The notes below the pieces were generated by a model. The model worked only from the letters and a program-made list of their open reading frames with translations, was not told the DNA's origin and did not search any database. A DNA stretch of 64,000 nt. Source: Eledone cirrhosa (Eukaryota). Shown in pieces: positions 56,401 to 64,000 of the stretch; position 1 is the first letter of the stretch; every line of letters starts with the position of its first letter. The translations under genes and the position numbers were made by a program. The stretch lies in the NCBI GenBank assembly GCA_964016885.1, contig OZ024745.1:29574001-29638000 (forward strand). The letters run 5' to 3'.

Positions 56401-59400
56401 TGTCTTGGACACAGACACAGTACAGTGTCTTTGACACAGAGACAGAACAGTGGCTTGGACACAGAGACAGTACAGTGTCTTGGACACAACACAGTACAGT
56501 TTCTTGGACACAGAGACAGTACAGAGTCTTGGACACAGAGATAGTACAGTGTCTTGGACACAGAGTCAGTACAGAGACTTGGACACAGAGACAGTACAGT
56601 GTCTTGGACACAGACACAGTACAGTGTCTTGGACACAGAGACAGTACAGTGTCTTGGACACAGACACAGTACAGTGCCTTGGACAACGGCACAGTACAGT
56701 GTCTTGGACACAGACACAGTACAGTCTCTTGGACACAGAGATAGTACAGTGTTCTTGGGCACAGACACAGTACAGTGTCTTGGACACAGAGACAGTACAG
56801 TGGCTTGGACACAGACACAGTACAGTGTCTAGGACACAGAGATAGTACAGTCTCTTGGACACAGACACAGTACAATGCCTTGGACAAGAAAACAGTACAA
56901 TGTCTTGGACACAGACAAAGTACAGTGCCTTGGACACAGACACAGTACAGTGTCTTGGACACAGAGACAGTACAGTGTCTTGGACACAGAGACAGTACAA
57001 TGTCTTGGATACAGACACAGTACAGTGCATTGGTCATCGACACAGTACAGTGTCTTGGACATAGACACAGTACAGTGTCTTGGACACTGAGATAGTACAG
57101 TGTCTTGGACACAGAGACAGTACAGAGACTTGGACACAGAGACAGTACAGTGTCTTGGACACAGACACAGTACAGTGTCTTGGACACAGAGACAGTACAG
57201 TGTCTTGGACACAGACACAGTACAGTGCCTTGGACATCGGCACAGTACAGTGCTTGGACACAGACACAGTACAGTCTCTTGGACACAGACACAGTACAGT
57301 GTCTTGGACACAGACACAGTACAGTGTCTTGGACACAGAGACAGTACAGAGACTTGGACACAGAGACAGTACATTGTCTTGGGAACAGACACTGTACAGT
57401 GTCTTGGACACGGAGACATTACAGTGTCTTGGATACAGACACAGAACAGTGCCTTGGACATCGGCACAGTACAGTGTCTTGGACACAGACACAGTACAGT
57501 GTCTTGGACACAGAGACAGTACAGTGTGTTGGACACAGACACAGTACAGTGCCTTGGACATCGGCACAGTACAGTGTCTTGGACACAGACACAGTACAGT
57601 GTCTTGGACACAGACAAAGTACAGTGCCTTGGACACAGACACAGTACAGTGTCTTGGACACAGACACAGTACAGTGTCTTGGACACAGAGATAGTACAGT
57701 CTCTTGGACACAGACACAGTACAGTGCCTTGGACACAGAGACAGTGCAGTAAATGGGGTTTGGATTTTATCCTATTTATCAGACATAAAACAGAAGGTTG
57801 ACTTATATTCAGATCAGCTTATAATCGAGTATACAGTTATTTTGTAAATAATCAATAATTTTAAAAATTTAGTGAAATAAATAACCATATTAATAAGTAG
57901 ATGTTTAGAACATAAAAATATTCTCCCATAACAACATTTGAGAGTTAACTATTAACATCCTCTAATGATTTAGTAGAAAATATCTAAAAATATAAAAATT
58001 TGCAGTAAAGATTATAATTTTCAATATGAGGCTGTCAAAATGTTTTCTACTTTTGAAGAATGTCTTGCGAATGAGGTTTAATGTAGTACAGATGATGAAG
58101 AGTTAAATGTTCTGCACACAGACACAGTACAGTGTCTTGCACACAGAGACAGTACAGTCTCTTGGACACAGAGACAGTACAGTGTCTTGAACATAGACAC
58201 AGTACAGTACCTTGGACACAGACACAGTACAGTGCCTTGAACACAGAGATAGTACAATATCTTGGACACAGAGACAGTACAGTGTCTTGGACACAGAGAC
58301 AGTACAGTGTGTTGAACACAGAGACAGTACAGTGCCTTGGACACAGAGACAGTACAGTGTCTTGGACACCGAGACAGTACAGTGTCTTGGACACAGAGAC
58401 AGTACAGTGTCTTTAACACAGACACAGTACAGTGCCTTGGACACAGAGACAGTACAGTGTCTTGGACACAGAGACAGTATAGTGTCTTGGACACAGAGAC
58501 AGTGCAGTGTCTTGGACACACAGATAGTACAGTGTCTTGGATACAGACACAGTACAGTGTCTTGGACACAGACACAGTACAGTGTCTTGGATACAGACAC
58601 AGTACAGTGTCTTGAACACAGACACAGTACAATGTCTTGGACACAGACACAGTACAGTGTCTTGAACACAGACACAGTACAGTGTCTTGGACACAGAGAC
58701 AGTACAGTGTCTTGACCACAGATACATTACAGTACCTTGGACACAGAGACAGTACAGTGCCTTGGACACAGAGATAGAACAGTGTCTCGGACACAGAGAC
58801 AGTACAGTGTCTTGGACACAGAGACAGTACAGTGTCTTGGATACAGACACAGTACAGTGCCTTGGACACAGACACAGTACAGTGTCTTGGACACAGATAT
58901 AGTACAGTGTCTTGGACACAGAGACAGTACAGAGACTTGGACACAGAGACAGTACAGTGTCTTGGACACAGACACAGTACAGTGTCTTGGACACAGACAC
59001 AGTACAGTGCCTTGGACAACGGCACAGTACAGTGTCTTGGACACAGACACAGTACAGTCTCTTGGACACAGACACAGTACAGTGTCTTGGACACAGACAC
59101 AGTACAGTGTCTTGGACACAGAGACAGTACAGTGTCTTGGACACAGAGACAGTACAGTGTCTTGGATACAGACACAGTACAGTGCATTGGACATCGACAC
59201 AGTACAGTGTCTTGGACACAGACACAGTACAGTGTCTTGGACACTGAGATAGTACAGTGTCTTGGACACAGAGACAGTACAGAGACTTGGACACAGAGAC
59301 AGTACAGTGTCTTGGACACAGAGACAGTACAGTGTCTTGGACACAGACACAGTACAGTGCCTTGGACATCGGCACAGTACAGTGTCTTGGACACAGACAC

Positions 59401-62400
59401 AGTACAGTGTCTTGGACACAGGCACAGTACAGTGTCTTGGACACAGACACAGTACAGTGTCTTGGACACAGAGACAGTACAGTGGCTTGGACACAGACAC
59501 AGTACAGTGTCTTGGACACAGACACAGTACAGTGTCTTGGACACAGAGATAGTACAGTCTCTTGGACACAGACACAGTACAGTGCCTTGGACAAAAAAAC
59601 AGTACAATGTCTTGGACACAGACAAAGTACAGTGCCTTGGACACAGACACAGTACAGTGTCTTGGACACAGACACAGTACAGTGTCTTGGACACAGAGAT
59701 AGTACAGTGTCTTGGACACAGACACAGTACAGTGTCTTGGACACAGAGATAGTACAGTGTCTTGGACACAGACACAGTACAGTGCCTCGGACACAGAGAC
59801 AGTGCAGTAAATGGGGTTTGGATTTTATCCTATTTATCAGACATAAAACAGAAGGTTGACTTATATTCAGATCAGATTATAATCGAGTATACAGTTATTT
59901 TGTAAATAATCAATAATTTTAGAAATTTAGTGAAATAAATAACCATATTAATAAGTAGATGTTTAGAACATAAAAATATTCTCCCATAACAACATTTGAG
60001 AGTTAACTATTAACATCCTCTAATGATTTAGTAGAAAATATCTAAAAATATAAAAATTTGCAGTAAAGATTATAATTTTCAATATGAGGCTGTCAAAATG
60101 TTTCCTACTTTTGAAGAATGTCTTGCGAATGAGGTTTAATGTAGTACAGATGATGAAGAGTTAAATGTTCTGCACACAGACACAGTACAGTGCCTTGCAC
60201 ACAGAGACAGTACAGTCTCTTGGACACAGAGACAGTACAGTGTCTTGAACATAGACACAGTACAGTACCTTGGACACAGACACAGTACAGTGCCTTGGAC
60301 ACAGAGATAGTACAGCATCTTGGACACAGAGACAGTACAGTGTCTTGGACACCGAGACAGTACAGTGTCTTGGACACAGAGACAGTACAGTGTCTTGAAC
60401 ACAGACACAGTACAGTGCCTTGGAAACCGAGACAGTACAGTGTCTTGGACACAGAGACAGTACAGTGTCTTTAACACAGACACAGTACAGTGCCTTGGAC
60501 ACAGAGACAGTACAGTGTCTTGGACACAGAGACAGTGCAGTGTCTTGGACACACAGATAGTACAGTGTCTTGGATACAGACACAGTACAGTGTCTTGGAC
60601 ACAGACACAGTACAGTGTCTTGGATACAGACACAGTACAGTGTCTTGAACACAGACACAGTACAATGTCTTGGACACAGACACAGTACAGTGTCTTGAAC
60701 ACAGACACAGTACAGTGTCTTGGACACAGAGACAGTACAGTGTCTTGACCACAGATACATTACAGTACCTTGGACACAGATACAGTACAGTGCCTTGGAC
60801 ACAGAGATAGTACAGTGTCTTGGACACAGAGACAGTACAGTGTCTTGGACACAGAGACAGTACAGTGTCTTGGATACAGACACAGTACAATGCCTTGGAC
60901 ACAGACACAGTACAGTGTCTTGAACACAGAGATAGTACAGTGTCTTGGACACAGAGACAGTACAGAGACTTGGACACAGAGACAGTACAGTGTCTTGGAC
61001 ACAGACACAGTACAGTGTCTTGGACACAGAGACAGTACAGAGTCTTGGACACAGACACAGTACAGTGTCTTGATCACAGAGACAGTACAGTGTCTTGGAC
61101 ATCGACACAGTACAGTGTCTTGGACACAGACACAGTACAGTGTCTTGGACAGAGAGACAGTACAGTGGCTTGGACACAGAGACAGTACAGTGTCTTGGAC
61201 ATAGAGACAGTACAGTGTCTTGGACACAGACACAGTACAGTGTCTTGGACACAACACAGTACAGTGTCTTGGACACAGAGACAGTACAGAGTCTTGGAGA
61301 CAGAGATAGTACAGTGTCTTGGACACAGAGACAGTACAGAGACTTGGACACAGAGACAGTACAGTGTCTTGGACACAGAGACAGTACAGAGACTTGGACA
61401 CAGAGACAGTACAGTGTCTTGGACACAGACACAGCACAGTGTCTTGGACACAGAGACAGTACAGTGTCTTGGACACAGACACAGTACAGTGCCTTGGACA
61501 ACGGCACAGTACAGTGTCTTGGACACAGACACAGTACAGTCTCTTGGACACAGACACAGTACAGTGTCTTGGACACAGACACAGTACAGTGTCTTGGACA
61601 CAGAGACAGTACAGTGTCTTGGACACAGACACAGTACAGTGTCTTGGACACAGACACAGTTATGTGTCTTGGACACAGAGATAGTACAGTCACTTGGACA
61701 CAAACACAGTACAGTGCCTTGGAAAAAAAACAGTACAATGTCTTGGACACAGACAAAGTACAGTGCCTTGGACACAGACACAGTACAGTGTCTTGGACAC
61801 AGAGACAGTACAGTGTCTTGGACACAGAGACAGTACAGTGTCTTGGATACAGACACAGTACAGTGCATTGGACATCGACACAGTACAGTGTCTTGGACAC
61901 AGACACAGTACAGTGTCTTGGACACTGAGATAGTACAGTGTCTTGGACACAGAGACAGTAGAGAGACTTGGACACAGAGACAGTACAGTGTCTTGGACAC
62001 AGACACAGTACAGTGTCTTGGACACAGAGACAGTACAGTGTCTTGGACACAAGACACAGTACAGTGCCTTGGACATCGGCACAGTACAGTGTCTTGGACA
62101 CAGACACAGTACAGTGTCTTGGACACAGGCACAGTACAGTGTCTTGGACACAGACACAGTACAGTGTCTTGGACACAGAGACAGTACAGTGGCTTGGACA
62201 CAGACACAGTACAGTGTCTTGGACACAGACACAGTACAGTGTCTTGGACACAGAGATAGTACAGTCTCTTGGACACAGACACAGTACAGTGCCTTGGACA
62301 AAAAAACAGTACAGTGTCTTGGACACAGGCACAGTACAGTGTCTTGGACACAGACACAGTACAGTGTCTTGGACACAGAGATAGTACAGTGTCTTGGACA

Positions 62401-64000
62401 CAGACACAGTACAGTGCCTTGGACACAGAGACAGTGCAGTAAATGGGGCTTGGATTTTATCCTTTTTATCAGACATAAAACAGAAGTTTGACTTATATTC
62501 AGATCAGCTTATAATCGAGTATACAGTTATTTTGTAAATAATCAATAATTTTAGAAATTTAGTGAAATAAATAACCATATTAATAAGTAGATGTTTAGAA
62601 CATAAAAATATTCTCCCATAACAACATTTGAGAGTTAACTATTAACATCCTCTAATGATTTAGTAGAAAATATCTAAAAATATAAAAATTTGCAGTAAAG
62701 ATTATAATTTTCAATATGAGGCTGTCAAAATGTTTTCTACTTTTGAAGAATGTCTTGCGAATGAGGTTTAATGTAGTACAGATGATGAAGAGTTAAATGT
62801 TCTGCACACAGACACAGTACAGTGCCTTGCACACAGAGACAGTACAGTCTCTTGGACACAGAGACAGTACAGTGTCTTGAACATAGACACAGTACAGTAC
62901 CTTGGACACAGACACAGTACAGTGCCTTGGACACAGAGATAGTACAGCATCTTGGACACAGAGACAGTACAGTGTCTTGGACACCGAGACAGTACAGTGT
63001 CTTGGACACAGAGACAGTACAGTGTCTTGAACACAGACACAGTACAGTGCCTTGGACACCGAGACAGTACAGTATCTTGGACACAGAGACAGTACAGTGT
63101 CTTTAACACAGACACAGTACAGTGCCTTGGACACAGAGACAGTACAGTGTCTTGGACACAGAGACAGTATAGTGTCTTGGACACAGTACAGTGCAGTGTC
63201 TTGGACACACAGATAGTACAGTGTCTTGGATACAGACACAGTAGAGTGTCTTTGACACAGACACAGTACAGTGTCTTGGATACAGACACAGTACAGTGTC
63301 TTGAACACAGACACAGTACAATGTCTTGGACACAGACACAGTACAGTGTCTTGAACACAGACACAGTACAGTGTCTTGGACACAGAGACAGTACAGTGTC
63401 TTGACCACAGATACATTACAGTACCTTGGACACAGAGACAGTACAGTGCCTTGGACACAGAGATAGTACAGTGTCTTGGACACAGAGACAGTACAGTGTC
63501 TTGGATACAGACACAGTACAGTGCCTTGGACACAGACACAGTACAGTGTCTTGGACACAGAGATAGTACAGTGTCTTGGACACAGAGACAGTACAGAGAC
63601 TTGGACACAGAGACAGTACAGTGTCTTGGACACAGACACAGTACAGTGTCTTGGACACAGAGACAGTACAGAGTCTTTGACACAGACACAGTACAGTGTC
63701 TTGATCACAGAGACAGTACAGTGTCTTGGACATCGACACAGTTCAGTGTCTTGGACACAGACACAGTACAGTGTCTTGGACACAGAGACAGTACAGTGGC
63801 TTGGACACAGAGACAGTACAGTGTCTTGGACATAGAGACAGTACAGTGTCTCTGACACAGACACAGTACAGTGTCTTGGACACAACACAGTACAGTGTCT
63901 TGGACACAGAGACAGTACAGAGACTTGGAGACAGAGATAGTACAGTGTATTGGACACAGAGACAGTACAGAGACTTGGACACAGAGACAATACAGTGTCT
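35449..64000. repeat. 25-bp minisatellite arrays 2-13 (about 117, 136, 67, 47, 74, 109, 66, 99, 63, 68, 91 and >48 units) separated by cassettes
   Basis: Unit counts were estimated as array length divided by 25. Same consensus as array 1. Confidence 0.95.

Larger units (their letters stand above)
26638..64000. repeat. Compound macrosatellite: 13 x (~361-bp cassette + variable 25-bp minisatellite array), continuing beyond the window
   Basis: Cassette starts (TAAATGGGG/TAAATTGGG) at 26638, 35088, 38371, 42127, 44160, 45691, 47899, 50982, 52989, 55818, 57750, 59808 and 62440. Each cassette ends GAAGAGTTAAATGTTC (or GAAGCGTTAAATGTTC) and runs into the 25-mer array. Confidence 0.97.

Noticed and set aside
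26935-63990. Hundreds of Cys-rich or DTETVQCLGH ORFs as real genes (e.g. keratin-associated or metallothionein-like)
   Set aside because: They occur in all six frames, mostly lack true ATG starts, and simply translate a 25-bp repeat. Unit-length indels are tolerated freely.
26999-64000. CRISPR array (25-bp palindromic repeats with an AT-rich leader-like cassette)
   Set aside because: The repeats are directly adjacent with no unique spacers, there are no cas genes, and the context is eukaryotic.

Overview
Eukaryotic, repeat-dense animal DNA. The long (TA)n tracts, tRNA-derived SINEs, RTE/CR1 LINEs and Penelope-type motifs suggest a cephalopod such as Octopus (inference). Bases 1-26.6 kb are a mosaic of decayed non-LTR retrotransposons (RTE, CR1/L2-like, CRE-like), SINEs, MITEs, microsatellites and fold-back repeats. 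This part also holds the last two coding exons (minus strand, 24430-24488 and 21193-21362) of a host gene ending in a Pro/Thr linker plus a CBM14 (peritrophin-A) chitin-binding domain, probably a GH18 chitinase-type gene whose upstream exons were not found in the window. From 26638 to the window end lies a two-level tandem array: 13 near-identical ~361-bp AT-rich cassettes, each followed by a variable-length array (about 47-324 copies) of a 25-bp hairpin-forming minisatellite. Each cassette carries what looks like the right end of a pogo/Tigger-like DNA transposon, and the 25-mer resembles a SINE core motif. The hundreds of Cys-rich ORFs in that region are best read as repeat artefacts. All family assignments come from motif recognition, not database searches.
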